This document shows, in pieces, positions 63,505-64,000 of a stretch of DNA of 64,000 nt. Within the stretch, counting starts at the first letter, position 1, and every line of letters starts with the position of its first letter. Source of the DNA: Podarcis bocagei (Eukaryota); assembly GCA_964188305.1 (NCBI GenBank), contig OZ076886.1. One strand, 5' to 3'. The notes beneath the pieces were generated by a model. The model did no database searches. It was not told where the DNA came from and was given only the letters and a program-made list of their open reading frames with translations. Both the position numbers and the translations under genes were made by a program.

Positions 63505-64000
63505 AAACGGCCTTGGCCTAGTATACCTGAAGGAGTGTTTCCACTCCCATTGTTCTGCCCGGACACTGAGGTCCAGTGCTGAGGGCCTTCTGGTGGTTCC
63601 CTCGCTGTGAGAAGCCAAGTTACAGAAAAGGATAAGGGGGAAATTTGATAGAACTAAGTTTTAGGATTTGCTGAAATAATTTTGGAGATTGGGATGTAGA
63701 AAGGGGAGGTATGGGGAAGTCGGCGAAGTAAGGTTTAAGAACAAGGGATATGAAATTATACATGTTTGTTTGTGTGTTTATTTGTCTGTATGTATAAAAA
63801 ATGTGAAAAACCAATAAAAATTTTTTTTAAAAAAAGAGAAGCCAAGTTACAGGGAACCAGGCAGAGGGCCTTCTCGGTAGTGGCACCTGCCCTGTGGAAT
63901 GCCCTCCCACCAGATGTCAAAGAGAAAAACAACTACCAGACTTTTAGAAGACACCTGAAGGCAGCCCTGTTTAGGGAAGCTTTTAATGTTTAACAGACCA
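63505..64000 (+). mobile_element. L2-type LINE 3' region split by an insertion at 63626-63835
   Basis: Same family as 31151 and 32840; the sequence resumes exactly after a duplicated 17-mer. Confidence 0.88.
63626..63835 (+). mobile_element. Poly(A)-type retroposon 3' end (probable L1 3' UTR)
   Basis: AATAAA at 63813-63818, A-rich tail, 17-bp TSD GAGAAGCCAAGTTACAG at 63609-63625 and 63836-63852. Confidence 0.75.

Overview
Eukaryotic, TE-rich, apparently intergenic or intronic DNA from a squamate reptile, most likely a lacertid lizard (inferred from Sauria SINEs, Squam-like SINEs, L2 and BovB ends). No host protein-coding exon could be supported. Positions 1-5976 hold a young, almost intact Ty3/Gypsy chromovirus (sushi/Tf1-like) on the minus strand. 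It has a 756-bp 5' LTR, a tRNA-independent self-priming PBS, gag with a CCHC knuckle, a GGGAAAC -1 frameshift with a pseudoknot, and PR-RT-RH-IN-chromodomain interrupted by one CGA>TGA stop. Its pol frame stays open through the 3' LTR U3. Other notable items: a 5'-truncated Penelope-like element with 360-bp inverted pseudo-LTRs, each carrying a minimal hammerhead ribozyme motif, inserted in (TA)n; a CpG-rich L1-5'UTR-like segment inside a 160-bp direct duplication; and a composite hAT element with a perfect 8-bp TSD carrying about 750 bp of CpG-island-like cargo. The rest is SINEs, LINE 3' ends, MITEs, microsatellites and a 129-N assembly gap. Family names were assigned by recognition only; no database search was run.
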